Source: an uncultured delta proteobacterium (lineage in GTDB: Bacteria > Desulfobacterota > Binatia > JACPRU01). From it: a DNA stretch of 64,000 bases. Location of the stretch: the NCBI GenBank assembly GCA_963745025.1, contig CAVUWD010000008.1, forward strand, positions 192,001-256,000, read 5' to 3'. Below, in pieces: positions 10,166 through 20,594 of the stretch (its first letter is position 1; each line of letters begins with the position of its first letter). A model generated the notes under the pieces. It saw only the letters and a program-made list of their open reading frames with translations, did no database searches and was not told the DNA's origin. A program made the position numbers and the translations under genes.

Positions 10166-11212
10166 GTGCGCATCGTCATCGCCACGGCACAGATTCCCTT
10201 CGTCAGCGGCGGCGCCGAAATCGTCGTCGGCAACCTCCGCGAGGCGATCCGCGCGCACGGACACGAGGCGGACGTCGTCTCGCTGCCATTCAAATGGTAC
10301 CCGGCGACCGAGATTCCCAAGCAGGTCCTGATGGCGCGACTCGTCGATCTCAGCGAATCCGACGGCCGGCCGATCGACCGGATGATCGCCCTCAAGTTTC
10401 CCGCCTACTGCGTGCGTCATCCGCGGAAGGTTCTCTGGCTCTTCCACCAGCATCGTACCGCCTACGAGCTGTGGGGGACGAAGGACTGCGATCTCATGCG
10501 CTTCCCCGAGGGGAAGCGCGTCCGCGAGTTCGTCCACGCGGTCGACGAGCGCTTCATCGCCGAGGCGCTCGCCGTGCACGCGATCTCGAGGGAGGTCGTC
10601 GATCGGCTGAAGGATTTCGCAAACGTCGACCACGAGCCGCTGTATCCGCCTCCTGACCGGCCCGAGACCTTTCATCATCAGGAATATGGCGACTACGTCT
10701 TCTTCCCGAGCCGCATCTCGCCCTACAAGCGGCAGCTGCTCCTGGTCGAAGCGATGGCGCACGTGCGCTCGCCGATCCGCTGCGTGCTGGCAGGCGCGCC
10801 CACCGAGCCCGACAGCGCCTTTCAAGTCGAGCATCGACGCAACGTTCTCGGGCTCGGCGATCGAGTGCGGCTCGCGGGGAGCATCAGCCACGAGGAGAAG
10901 GTGCGCTACTACGCGGGGGCGCTCGCCGTATTCTTCGGGCCTTTGCGCGAGGATTACGGCTTGGTGACGCTGGAAGCGTTCCTCTCGCGCAAGCCCGTGA
11001 TCACCTGCACCGACAGCGGCGGCCCGCTCGAGTTCGTGGCGGACGGCGTCAACGGTTTCGTCGTCGAGCCCGATCCGGAGGCGATCGCTGCCAAGCTCGA
11101 CGCGCTCTACTTCGATCGCCAGCGGGCACGCTCTCTTGGTGACGCCGGCTTCGAGAGCTATCGGACGAAGGGAATCTCGTGGGAGACGGTGGTCGCGAAG
11201 CTGCTCGCTTGA
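10166..11212 (+). CDS. Glycosyltransferase family 4 protein
   Basis: PFVSGGAE, EDYGLVTLEAFLSRKPVI and SGGPLEFV motifs. Confidence 0.93.
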   Translation: MRIVIATAQIPFVSGGAEIVVGNLREAIRAHGHEADVVSLPFKWYPATEIPKQVLMARLVDLSESDGRPIDRMIALKFPAYCVRHPRKVLWLFHQHRTAYELWGTKDCDLMRFPEGKRVREFVHAVDERFIAEALAVHAISREVVDRLKDFANVDHEPLYPPPDRPETFHHQEYGDYVFFPSRISPYKRQLLLVEAMAHVRSPIRCVLAGAPTEPDSAFQVEHRRNVLGLGDRVRLAGSISHEEKVRYYAGALAVFFGPLREDYGLVTLEAFLSRKPVITCTDSGGPLEFVADGVNGFVVEPDPEAIAAKLDALYFDRQRARSLGDAGFESYRTKGISWETVVAKLLA

Positions 11213-11856
11213 GGATCGCGTATTTCGGCCCGCTGCCGCCCCGCGTGGGCGCCGTCGCGGAGTATGGGGAGCGGCTGCTCGGGGAGCTCGCCCGGCGCGC
11301 GGAGGTTGGTGTCTTCGTCGAAGGCGAGCTGCCGTCGTGCCGCGCGATCATCGAGCGCTGCCGAGTCTACGACCTCGCGCGGGTCCACTATCGAAACGTT
11401 CTTTTCGAGTACGACGTCGTTCTCCATTCGGTCCCGGGCGAGCCGGTCGGTGGCTCGTGGCGCGCAGCGCTCGTCGAGTGGCCGGGCGTCGTGGTGATTC
11501 ACGAGGCCGAGCTCGAGAAATTGTTCACGCGCGAGCCGGATCTTCGCCGGCCGATCCTCGAAACCGCGCTCGCCCTGGTGGTCCATTCGCCTGCCCTCGC
11601 CGAGCGGCTGCGGACGGAGTCCGCCGCGATGCCCGTCTTCTTGCTCGAGCCGCCAGGCGATCGCTTCGACACGCTCGCTGCCGCGCTTCTCGACGTCTGC
11701 CGCGACGCTCTGGGCCGAAGCGCCCGCTGGCTCGAGCTGCTTCTCGAGACCGCGTGCGCCGAGATTCCCGGATACATTCCTGGGGAGCGTGAGGCTCCGT
11801 GGCGTGCGGAGGTCGACGAGCTCGCGCGGCTCGGGGGGCAGCGGGGACGTTCTTGA
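11209..11856 (+). CDS. GT4 N-terminal-like domain protein (lacks the C-terminal nucleotide-binding domain)
   Basis: RIAYFGPLPP...VAEY...LL and WPGVVVIHE; TTG start overlaps the upstream stop. Confidence 0.7.
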   Translation: MRIAYFGPLPPRVGAVAEYGERLLGELARRAEVGVFVEGELPSCRAIIERCRVYDLARVHYRNVLFEYDVVLHSVPGEPVGGSWRAALVEWPGVVVIHEAELEKLFTREPDLRRPILETALALVVHSPALAERLRTESAAMPVFLLEPPGDRFDTLAAALLDVCRDALGRSARWLELLLETACAEIPGYIPGEREAPWRAEVDELARLGGQRGRS

Positions 11857-11936
11857 CCTTCGTAACCTTCGTCGCGCCTTCGTCCTTACCGGATTTTCCT
11901 AGCGAAGAAGGTCACGAAGGTCAGGAACGTCCCCGC
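11841..11936. repeat. 35-bp inverted repeat (32/35) between convergent genes, containing both stop codons; probable bidirectional terminator or REP-like element
   Basis: gcggggacgttcttgaccttcgtaaccttcgtcgc versus the reverse complement of 11902-11936. Confidence 0.85.
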
Positions 11937-13030
11937 GGAATCACGTGCAGCGAATGCGGTGAGAAGGCGACGCGGACCGGCCTTCCGGGCCGGAGTCCGA
12001 GGCCGCTGACGACCAATCTCGTCGTCAGCGCGGTCACCGTAACGCCGCAATCGACGGCGACCCGCACCTGCGTCCCCCAGAAGGCGAGGCCTTTCACGGC
12101 GCCCGGAATCACGTTCCACGCTCCGGGTGGTTGAATCCCCTCGTCCGCGATGAGCGACACGTCCTCCGCGCGCAGGCATACCCACACTTGCTCGTCGGGT
12201 CGGCCGCGCACGGCGGCGGTGAGGCGCAACGCCTCGACCCCGATCGTCGTCGCCTCGGGCGACGTCGAGAGAATCCGGCCCGCCAGCAGCGTCTCGATGC
12301 CGACGAAGCGAGCGACCGCCTCGCTCGCCGGCCGCCGCCCGACCTCCTCGGGTGACCCGATCTGAGCGACGGCGCCGTCGAGAAGAACGGCGACGCGATT
12401 GCCGAGCGCGAACGCCTCGTCGCGGTCGTGGGTGACGAAGATCGTGGTCGTGTGGGTCTCGGCGAGGAGATCATGAAGCTCTCCGACAAGCGCCTGCCGG
12501 CTCGGCGGATCGAGCGCCGCGAACGGCTCGTCGAGAAGGAGGATCTCGGGTTGCAGGACGAACGCGCGCGCGAGGCTCGCGCGCTGGGCTTCCCCGCCGG
12601 AGATCCGATGCGCGGGGCGGCTCGCGAGGTGTGTGATGGCGAAGCGAGTGAGCCACTCTTCGACGCGGCGCGTGCGCTCTCCGCGGCGGACGCCGCGGAG
12701 CTTGAGGCCGAGCGCGACGTTGGCGGATACGGTGGTACGGCAAAGCAGCGGGTCCTGAAACACGATCGCCATGCGCCGCCGCAATGCGAGAAGCCGCAAA
12801 TGGTCGCGCGAGACCGGTTCGCCGCGGAACCAGAGCTCGCCTCGCGTGGGGGCGTGGAGCAGGCCGAGCACCCGGAGGAGCGTCGACTTTCCCGCACCAT
12901 TCGGACCGACGACGCTGAGCGTCTCGCCCTGCTCGACCGCCAATTCCGGGAGATCGAGGATTCTCCTGCGGCGCTCCTCGACCGCGACCCCTCGCGCCAG
13001 CAGCGCGGGCCCGCGAGAGTCCGCAATCAC
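11921..13030 (-). CDS. tupC: Tungstate ABC transporter ATP-binding protein with TOBE domain
   Basis: GPNGAGKS, SGGEAQR, LLLDEPF; in an operon with tupB and tupA. Confidence 0.85.
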   Translation of the reverse strand: MIADSRGPALLARGVAVEERRRRILDLPELAVEQGETLSVVGPNGAGKSTLLRVLGLLHAPTRGELWFRGEPVSRDHLRLLALRRRMAIVFQDPLLCRTTVSANVALGLKLRGVRRGERTRRVEEWLTRFAITHLASRPAHRISGGEAQRASLARAFVLQPEILLLDEPFAALDPPSRQALVGELHDLLAETHTTTIFVTHDRDEAFALGNRVAVLLDGAVAQIGSPEEVGRRPASEAVARFVGIETLLAGRILSTSPEATTIGVEALRLTAAVRGRPDEQVWVCLRAEDVSLIADEGIQPPGAWNVIPGAVKGLAFWGTQVRVAVDCGVTVTALTTRLVVSGLGLRPGRPVRVAFSPHSLHVIPRGRS

Positions 13031-13725
13031 CTCCGAGTCGCCCTCTGCTGGACGAGCGTGAGGGCCAGGTTGATCACGAACGAGATGCCGAGCAAGATCA
13101 GGCTGAGCGCGATCGCCACGTCGAAGTTACCCTTGTTGGTCTCGAGCACGGTCGCCGTGGTGAGCACGCGGGTGTGGTGCAGGATGTTGCCGCCCACCAT
13201 CAGCGATGCGCCGACTTCGGAGATCACGGCGCCGAATCCCGCCATGACCGCGGCCAGCAGTGGTAGCCGGGCCTCGCGGAGCAGCAGCACGAGGAGCTGC
13301 GCGCGCGAGGCGCCGAGGCCGAGGAGCTGGAGCGACAGGTGCGGATCGATTTGCTGAACCGCGGCGACGGTCAGCCCGATGACCACGGGAAGCGCGAGGA
13401 TGAGCTGCGCGACGACGATCGCCGCGGGCGTGTACAGCAGCTCGAGGAAGCCGAGGGGCCCGCTTCGCCACAGGAAGATCGTGACGAATAAGCCGACGAC
13501 GACCGGCGGCAGGCCCATCCCCGTGTTGACGAGACTGACGATGAGGTTCCTGCCCGGAAACGGCTTGAGCCCGATCCACACCCCGAACGGTACGCCGACG
13601 ACGAGCGCGAGGAGCGTCGCCAACGCGGATACCTCGAGCGAGAGCCGGGCGATCTCGATCACGTCGGGATCGCCCGCGGCGATCAGCCGAGCCGCCTGCT
13701 CGATGCCTTGCCAGAGGAGGTCCAT
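13027..13725 (-). CDS. tupB: Tungstate ABC transporter permease
   Basis: NTGMGLPPVVVGL and ISEVGASLMVGGNI...TRVLTTA. Confidence 0.92.
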   Translation of the reverse strand: MDLLWQGIEQAARLIAAGDPDVIEIARLSLEVSALATLLALVVGVPFGVWIGLKPFPGRNLIVSLVNTGMGLPPVVVGLFVTIFLWRSGPLGFLELLYTPAAIVVAQLILALPVVIGLTVAAVQQIDPHLSLQLLGLGASRAQLLVLLLREARLPLLAAVMAGFGAVISEVGASLMVGGNILHHTRVLTTATVLETNKGNFDVAIALSLILLGISFVINLALTLVQQRATRR

Positions 13726-13738
13726 GGGGATTGTCTCC

Positions 13739-13788
13739 GGCTACCGGCTACCGGCAAAGGATCCGTGGCGCCTTTGTAGCCGGTAGCC
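13739..13788. repeat. 'Empty' GGCTACC heptamer-armed hairpin
   Basis: ggctaccggctaccggcaaagg-atccgtggcg-cctttgtagccggtagcc. Confidence 0.75.
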
Positions 13789-13794
13789 TTCTCT

Positions 13795-14632
13795 TCAGTC
13801 CGCGGCCTCTCTTGTCCCGGCGTCCGGGAAGAAGAGAGGCTCGCCGAATTTTTCGCGCCCGAAATCGCGGATGACGTTCTGCACCTCGGCCGAGACGAGG
13901 AAGTCGGCGAAGGCCTTGGCGCCCGAATCGTTCACCTTCGGAAACTTCGCCGGGTTGACGAGCATGACGTGGTAGACGTTGCGCAGCTCGGGATCGCCTT
14001 GGAAGAGGATGTCGAGCTCGAGGGTCTTTCGCTGGGCGAGATACGTGCCGCGGTCCGAGAGCGTGTAAGCGCGCTTCTCGGACGCGAGCCGTAGCGTCGC
14101 GCCCATTCCCTGGCCCGCCTCGAGGTACCAGTGCGCGCCCTTCGGGATCGACGCCAGAAGCCTTCCAGAGCTTCTTTTCGAGGAGGTCGGTCCCGGAGTT
14201 GTCTCCGCGCGAGACGAAGGTGGCCTTGGCGTCGGCGATCTTCTTCGGCACGGCGACCGCTTGCTCGGTCCCGCGGACGTGCGCCGGGTCGGCCGCCGGC
14301 CCGACGAAGACGAAGTCGTTGTGCATGACGGCCCGTCGATCGATCATCGATCCGTCGGCGATGTACTTCTTCTCGAGGTCGGGCGCGTGGCAGAGGACCA
14401 CGTCCGCCTCGCCGCGCGCGCCGAGCGCGAGCGCCTGACCCGTGCCGATCGCGACCGTCTTCACGTGAACGCCGGTCTTCTTCTCGAACATCGGCACGAG
14501 AACGTCGAGAAGGCCGGAGTCCTGGGTGCTCGTCGTCGTGGCGAGGATGATCGGACGCTCGTCTGCGGCCCGGGTGAGCGCGGCCCAGGCGAAGACGGCC
14601 GCGCCGAGGACGAAAAGGCGACGTGGTTTCAT
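13795..14632 (-). CDS. tupA: Tungstate-binding periplasmic protein; one frameshift near 14140
   Basis: ATTTSTQDSGLL, GTGQAL, SRGDNSGT and YTLSDRGTY motifs split across two ORFs. Confidence 0.9.
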
Positions 14633-14698
14633 GTGGCCGCATTTTTCAGGCAAACTGATTCGACTTCAACCCTTTACGGGAACGCAGGAGATGCGACC

Positions 14699-16024
14699 AT
14701 GACCTCGCCGAACGACTTGCAGCAGCGTCTCGCTTCCGCGCAAGCGACGGTGGGAGTGATCGGGCTCGGTTACGTCGGCCTGCCGCTCGCGCTGACGATG
14801 GCGGAGGCGGGCAAGCGAGTGGTGGGGTTCGACGTGGATCGAGCGAAGGTGGACAGGCTCCGCGCTGGCGAGAGCTACATCCGCCACATCGCCCCCGAGC
14901 GCATCGTCGCGCTCGCGAGCCGTTTCCAGCCCACCTCCGACTTCTCGGCGCTTCGCGACTGCGACGCGATCGTGATCTGCGTGCCGACGCCGCTCACCGA
15001 GGGGCGGGAGCCGGATCTGGGCTACGTGAGCGGGACGGCCGAGACGATCGGCAAGCACCTGCGGCGGGGGCAGCTGGTGGTGCTGGAGAGCACGACCTAT
15101 CCGGGCACGACCGACGAAGTGGTGCGGCCGATCCTGGAACGGGGCGGGCTGCGGGTGGGAGAGGACTTCCACCTGGCATTCTCGCCCGAGCGCGAGGACC
15201 CGGGGAACCCCGACTACTCCACGCGCACGATCCCGAAGCTGGTGGGAGGGGTGACCGCGCAGTGCGGGGTGGTGGCGGCGGCGCTGTATGGGAGCTTTCT
15301 GGAGAAGGTGGTGGTGGTCTCCAGCGCACGGGTGGCCGAGGCGGCCAAGCTCTTGGAGAACATCTATCGGTCGATCAACATCGCGCTGGTCAACGAATTG
15401 AAGATGTTGTTCGCGAGGATGGGGATCGACGTGTGGGAGGTGATCGGGGCGGCGGCGACGAAGCCCTTCGGGTTCACGCCGTTCTACCCGGGGCCTGGGC
15501 TCGGGGGGCACTGCATCCCGATCGATCCATTCTATCTGACGTGGAAGGCGCGGCATTACGATTTTTCGACGCGGTTCATCGAGCTGGCGGGGGAGGTGAA
15601 CACGGGGATGCCGTACTGGGTGGTGGAGCGGGTGGTGGAGGCGCTGTCGGAGCGGGGCCGAGCGATCAAGGGGGCCAAGGTTCTGGTGTTGGGGGTGGCG
15701 TACAAGAAGGACGTGGATGACCTGCGGGAGTCGCCGTCGCTGAAGGTGATCGAGATTCTGGAGGCGCGTGGGGCGGAGGTGACCTACAACGATCCGTATG
15801 TTCCGTCGCTGCGGGCGCGGAAGCTGCGGCACTACGAGACCTTCGCCCTGGACTCGGTGGAGCTGACGGAGGGTGTGGTGGCCGGAGCGGACTGTGTGCT
15901 GATCGCCACCGACCACGGCGCCTACGACTACGACTGGATCGTGCGCAATGCCCGCCTGGTGGTCGACACCCGCAACGCCACCCGTCACGTCGCCCACGGC
16001 CGCGACAAGATCGTCAAGGCATGA
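14699..16024 (+). CDS. Nucleotide-sugar dehydrogenase (UDP-GlcNAc 6-dehydrogenase, WbpA/WecC-like)
   Basis: GLGYVGLP, CVPTP, ESTTYPGTT, GPGLGGHCIP and AYKKDVDDLRESP motifs; AGGAG RBS. Confidence 0.95.
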   Translation: MTSPNDLQQRLASAQATVGVIGLGYVGLPLALTMAEAGKRVVGFDVDRAKVDRLRAGESYIRHIAPERIVALASRFQPTSDFSALRDCDAIVICVPTPLTEGREPDLGYVSGTAETIGKHLRRGQLVVLESTTYPGTTDEVVRPILERGGLRVGEDFHLAFSPEREDPGNPDYSTRTIPKLVGGVTAQCGVVAAALYGSFLEKVVVVSSARVAEAAKLLENIYRSINIALVNELKMLFARMGIDVWEVIGAAATKPFGFTPFYPGPGLGGHCIPIDPFYLTWKARHYDFSTRFIELAGEVNTGMPYWVVERVVEALSERGRAIKGAKVLVLGVAYKKDVDDLRESPSLKVIEILEARGAEVTYNDPYVPSLRARKLRHYETFALDSVELTEGVVAGADCVLIATDHGAYDYDWIVRNARLVVDTRNATRHVAHGRDKIVKA

Positions 16025-16452
16025 GCCTCCGAGATCGCATCTCGGCATGGGCACCGGCCGTCGTCTGGGCCCTGGTCATCTTCTTCATGTCGACCGAAGA
16101 GATGGCCGCGGCACACACGCGAAGGTGGCTCGAGCCGATCGTGCACTTCTTCTTCCCCGCGGTGCCCGAGGCGGACTTCGACCTCGGCCACGCCGTCGTG
16201 CGCAAGCTCGCGCACGTCTCCGAATACTTCGTGTTCGCGCTGCTCCTCGACCGAGGCTGGCGCCAGGGGTCGATGCTCTCGCGGGCGCGAGCGCCGTTTG
16301 CCGCCTTCGCCGTGGCCGCCCTCTACTCGCTCACCGACGAGGGGCATCAGACGTTCGTCGCGTCGCGCACCGCATCGCTTTTCGACTGCGTTTTGGACTC
16401 TCTCGGCGCCGCGCTCGCCGCTGGAGTCGCGAGCCGTCGGACGTATCTCTGA
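16021..16452 (+). CDS. VanZ family membrane protein
   Basis: RKLAHVSEY and DEGHQTFVASRT...D motifs. Confidence 0.88.
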   Translation: MSLRDRISAWAPAVVWALVIFFMSTEEMAAAHTRRWLEPIVHFFFPAVPEADFDLGHAVVRKLAHVSEYFVFALLLDRGWRQGSMLSRARAPFAAFAVAALYSLTDEGHQTFVASRTASLFDCVLDSLGAALAAGVASRRTYL

Positions 16453-16486
16453 TCGCGAGGATCGCCGACACGCCGATCGGCGTTCG

Positions 16487-17434
16487 TCAGTGCTTGAGCC
16501 CTTCGAGGAAGCGCTCGGCGTCGATCGCCGCCATGCAACCCGTGCCGGCTGCGGTCACGGCCTGGCGGTAACTCGGGTCTTGCGCATCGCCGCAGGCGAA
16601 CACGCCGGGCACGCTCGTGGCCGTCGTCTTGCCCCGAGTGAGGATGTAGCCCCGCTCGTCCATCTCGAGCTGACCGTGGAAGAGCTGCGTGTTGGGCTCG
16701 TGGCCGATGGCGATGAACACTCCGTCGCAGCGAACGTCCCGCCTCGTGCCGTTTCGGGTATCGACCAAGCGAACGCCGGTCACGCCGCCTTGCTGGGCGT
16801 CGCCGAACACCTCGTCGATGGTGGCGTTCCAGATGAAGTCGATCCGCGGGTTTCGCTGCGCGCGCTCCTGCATGATCTTGGAGGCGCGGAGGTGATCGCG
16901 GCGGTGGACGATCGTCACCTTGGTGGCGAACTTGGTGAGGAAGCTCGCTTCTTCCATCGCCGTGTCGCCGCCGCCGACCACCAAGACGTCCTTGCCCTTG
17001 AAGAAGAAGCCATCGCAGGTGGCGCAGGCGGAGACGCCGTAGCCCATCAGCCGCTTCTCCGACTCCAGGCCGAGCAGCTTGGCCGAGGCGCCGGTCGAGA
17101 CGATCAGCGTCTGCGCGCGCAGGATGCCGCCACCGAGGACGATGAGAAACGGCCGCTTGGCGAGATCCACGCGCGTCACGTCGCCGGATTCGAACCGGGT
17201 GCCGAAGCGCTCCGCCTGCTTGCGAAAGAGCTCCATCATGTCGGGGCCGAGCAATCCTTCGGGGAAGCCGGGATAGTTTTCGACCTCGGTGGTGATCGTC
17301 AGCTGGCCACCTGGCTGCGAGCCGGACACGACCAGCGGCTCGAGCTTCGCGCGCGATGCGTAGAGCGCCGCCGTCAGGCCCGCCGGACCCGAGCCGAGGA
17401 TGACCACGTCCCAGTCGCGCTTGTCGGTTGCCAT
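16487..17434 (-). CDS. trxB: Thioredoxin-disulfide reductase
   Basis: GSGPAG, GGQL...VENYPG, CATCDG, GGGDTA and YRQAVTAAG motifs. Confidence 0.97.
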   Translation of the reverse strand: MATDKRDWDVVILGSGPAGLTAALYASRAKLEPLVVSGSQPGGQLTITTEVENYPGFPEGLLGPDMMELFRKQAERFGTRFESGDVTRVDLAKRPFLIVLGGGILRAQTLIVSTGASAKLLGLESEKRLMGYGVSACATCDGFFFKGKDVLVVGGGDTAMEEASFLTKFATKVTIVHRRDHLRASKIMQERAQRNPRIDFIWNATIDEVFGDAQQGGVTGVRLVDTRNGTRRDVRCDGVFIAIGHEPNTQLFHGQLEMDERGYILTRGKTTATSVPGVFACGDAQDPSYRQAVTAAGTGCMAAIDAERFLEGLKH

Positions 17435-17549
17435 CGCTCCTCTATAAAGTATGGCTTCGGCGATGCAAGAATACGACTTAGGGGGGTGGAGGAGGGTAGA
17501 GGCGACCCTGAGGGGGGACGTTACCGCAATGTGCGGAAGAAGGAAGAGC

Positions 17550-17759
17550 GCGTGGTTTTGTTTTCGAGCCGTACTCGGATCGAAGACAAAACCACGCCAC
17601 CGCGCGAAGTGCGGAAAGCAATATCCAACGCTCGCCTCGAACCGTTTTGCGCTGCGCGCGGTTGCGCGTGTTCGTGTTCGATCCGAATACGGCTCGAACA
17701 CGAACACGCGCGCTCATCATTCTTCGACCGTTTTACTCGGTTCTCTCGAAGACTAAGGC
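17550..17759. repeat. Oppositely oriented hairpin pair with CCGA(G/A)TACGG loops and an AAGACTAAGG end, in the trxB/moaC divergent region
   Basis: Hairpins at 17550-17597 and 17664-17711; same loop as at 5700, 31700 and position 1. Confidence 0.75.
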
Positions 17760-17766
17760 ATTTCGT

Positions 17767-18318
17767 GTGAAACGTCCCTTCCCCAGACGAGCGCCTACCG
17801 CGCTCAGTCACCTCGACGCGCGCGGCCGCGCGCGCATGGTCGACGTCGGCGGCAAGGCGGTCACCTCGCGCGAGGCCGTCGCTCGCGGTGAGGTCAAGAT
17901 GCGCGCCGCGACGCTGCGGGTGATTTCCTCCGAACGGACGAAGAAGGGCGACGTGCTGGCCGTGGCGCGCGTTGCGGGAATCCTCGCCGCCAAGCGCACG
18001 CACGAGCTGATCCCCCTCTGTCATCCGCTGCCCATCCATTCGATCGCCCTGGACCTCGATGCGAACCGCACGCGCTCGACGATCGAAGTCGAGGCGCGGG
18101 TGCGTGTAGAGGCGAAGACCGGAGTCGAGATGGAGGCGCTGACGGCCGTCGCCGTCGCGTGCCTGACGATCTACGACATGGCCAAAGCGATCGATCGCGG
18201 CATGACGATCGGCCGGATTCGGCTGCTCCGCAAGAGCGGGGGGAAGAGCGGGACGTGGGAGAGAACGAGAGATGGCTACAGGCTACGGGCTACAGGCTAC
18301 GGGAACAGACGTCGTTGA
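17767..18318 (+). CDS. moaC: Cyclic pyranopterin monophosphate synthase
   Basis: [33 protein letters not shown] and KSGGKSG motifs; C-terminal tail derived from heptamer repeats. Confidence 0.96.
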   Translation: MKRPFPRRAPTALSHLDARGRARMVDVGGKAVTSREAVARGEVKMRAATLRVISSERTKKGDVLAVARVAGILAAKRTHELIPLCHPLPIHSIALDLDANRTRSTIEVEARVRVEAKTGVEMEALTAVAVACLTIYDMAKAIDRGMTIGRIRLLRKSGGKSGTWERTRDGYRLRATGYGNRRR

Positions 18319-18341
18319 GTCTCTCCTGTAGCCCGTAGCCC
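18274..18341. repeat. GGCTAC heptamer-armed hairpin overlapping the moaC 3' end
   Basis: (ggctacr)x4 ... tgtagcccgtagccc. Confidence 0.75.
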
Positions 18342-18392
18342 TGTGCCTGCCGTGGCGCGACCCCGCGAAACCGTAGCGCGAGCGCCGTGAGC

Positions 18393-18731
18393 CTATGCCC
18401 CCTTCGCGGCGCACGGGGCTGAGGCCGCGTGCAGCAGCAGGATTCACCGAACTTCCTCGATCGTCTCCGGGCGCGACTGCGTGGAGTGATCGGAGCCTAC
18501 GACCTTCTCCGATTCCACGCCGTCGATGTGTGCGCTCGAGTATTCGACCACGCCGTCGTTGCCAGATTCGACCGGGCCGCTCCCTTTGGCGGGAATGATC
18601 GAGTGGGCCGCGACGCCCGGAGCGATCGGGGCCTCGGAGAGCATCTGCACGAAGCGATGGCGGGGATCCATGTTGTCGAGCGTTGTGATGCTCCCGAGGT
18701 CCGCCGCTTCGAAGGCGCCGGGATTTCTCAA
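18393..18731 (-). pseudogene. C-terminal fragment of an alpha/beta-hydrolase with an internal stop
   Basis: HSII...NDGVVEYSSAHIDGVESEKVV..HS.Q..PETIEEVR*ILLLH; no N-terminal part present. Confidence 0.75.
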
Positions 18732-18795
18732 TCAAGCCCGCGGTTGCTGGCCCGCCACCAGGCCGAAACACCACTCCGCCCCCGGGCGCCCGGCG

Positions 18796-20572
18796 CTAGT
18801 GTAGTGTCTCACAGCCGCTCGCGGTGTTGATGCCCGCGCCGCCGTTGCAGATGTCGCTGCCGGGTCCGCCGTTGAGCGTGTCGTCGCCGGGTCCGCCGAA
18901 CAGCTGATCGTCGCCGGCGCCGCCGCAGACGAAGTCGTTGCCACCGCCGGCGTGGATCACGTCGTTCCCGCCGAGGCCGTGGATCACGTCCGCACCCGGC
19001 GTTCCCGTCAGGTCGTCGTCGCCTTCGGTGCCGAAGAGGGTGACCCGCCGCCCGTTGCAAGAAGGCTCTAGCGTGAGCTGCAGTTGGCCGCCCGGGCCGG
19101 TGCCCAGCGCCATGACCTCGATGTGGTACGTCGTGCCTGGAACGGCGTTGAAGAAGACCGTCGACTGCGGGGTGGCGTCGCTGTTGTCCTTGCAAGCGAC
19201 CTGCTCGAGCGCGCCGCGCGCGCCCTGCCAAACGGTGAGCACGGTGTCGTAGTCGCTGCCCGCGGTGCTCACGCGGAACTGTCCCGAGGCAGCAGGCGTG
19301 AAGACGTACCAGACGCTGTGCGAGTTGCTGCCGGTCTTGCAGGTTTTCGGATCGTCGGCGGCATGCCCAGCGCCGGTGGTGTCAGCGCCGGCGCTGAAGA
19401 AGACGTCGGTGATCGGCGTCGCACAATCGAAGTCGTCGTTCGAACACGGCGTCGGCGTGGGTGTCGTGGTCGGGGTTGGCGTCGACGTCGGAATCGGCGT
19501 GGGTGGCGCGGTCGGAGTGGCCGTCGGCGGAACGGTCGGTACGGGTGTCGACGTCGCCGGAGCCGGCGGGGACGTCGAGGTGGCTGTCGGCGTGCTGGTA
19601 GGGGTCGGCGTGCTGCTTGCCGTCGCGGTCGGGGTGCGGGTGGGGGTCGGCGTGCGCGTCGCGGTCGGGGTCGCAGTCATGCTCGGTGTCGCCGTGGGCC
19701 CCGACGGAGTCAGTGTCCAGCCCTGATCCTGCAGGGCGGGAACGCCAAGCCCGGCATTGTGATTGACGCCCCCGTAGAACGGCTCCATGAGCTGATTCGG
19801 CGTGAACGAGGTGTCCCAATGCGAGATGCTCGAGCCGTCCTGGTAAGAATTCGGCGCGTAGATCTTGCCCGAGCCGCCGTTCACGCTCGTCACGTGCGAG
19901 CCGTTGAAGAAGACATTGCCCGAGGTGAGCGCCGCCATCCGCTGGGCGTTCGTTAGGGCATCGAACTGACCCACGCCGGGGCTCGCCAGATTCCTTCCGA
20001 AGATGTCTGGGACGCCGCTATACGCCCAGGCGCCGGTCGAAGGGAGGACCGTGTCGAAGAAGCCGAGGCCATGGCAGATCTCGTGCAACGCGACGCTCAC
20101 GAAGTCGACGTCAGGGCCGGCGTTGCCGTCCGTGCCGTAGTACCAGTCGACGCTGCCGAGCACGGTCGAGTTGTCGACGTCACTGTTGAACTGGGCACTG
20201 ATCTCCGCCGTGCCCGCGCCGTTGAGGTCGCTCGCGGCCAGCTCGTTCGCGAGCGGCGCAGCGTACCAGGTGCCCGCCCGAGGCGCACCCGGAAAGTCTC
20301 GGTGAATCGTGGTCGCGCCGGCTTGACCGAGGATCGCGCTCGTGGCCGAGCCGCCGAGTGGGTCGAACTGGGCGTTGATCACGACCGGCACCGTTCCCTG
20401 CAGCATCGCCGACCAGATTCCCACCGTGAACTCGAAGGCCGCCTTGCGCTGGGCGCCGAGAGTGGGGTCGTTGAAGCCTTCGCCGGCCCCGTCGAGATAC
20501 TGGATGGTGAACGGCACCGCGGCGTGCGCGGGCATCGCGGCAAGCCACGCGACCAACGCGAGCCCCACGCAT
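18796..20572 (-). CDS. Secreted zinc metallopeptidase-like protein with Pro/Thr linker, PPC-like beta domain and RTX-type Ca-binding repeats
   Basis: Signal peptide; HEICHGLGF; SSISHWD; (PT)n linker; GGxGxD repeats. Start is ATG 20572 if one G is an error, otherwise GTG 20568. Confidence 0.85.
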
Positions 20573-20594
20573 GAACGTCTCTCGCCGCGCCCGA

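Noticed and set aside
17435-17766. Moco/Wco riboswitch upstream of moaC
   Set aside because: The structure is explained by the repeat-family hairpins; no recognisable Moco motif
18444-18446. In-frame TGA (and TAG at 26398) as Sec/Pyl recoding
   Set aside because: Neither aligns to a catalytic Cys or Lys position, and both lie in otherwise damaged genes
19445-19700. Low-complexity GTCGGCGT-type repeats
   Set aside because: They encode the Pro/Thr linker of the peptidase and are not an independent element
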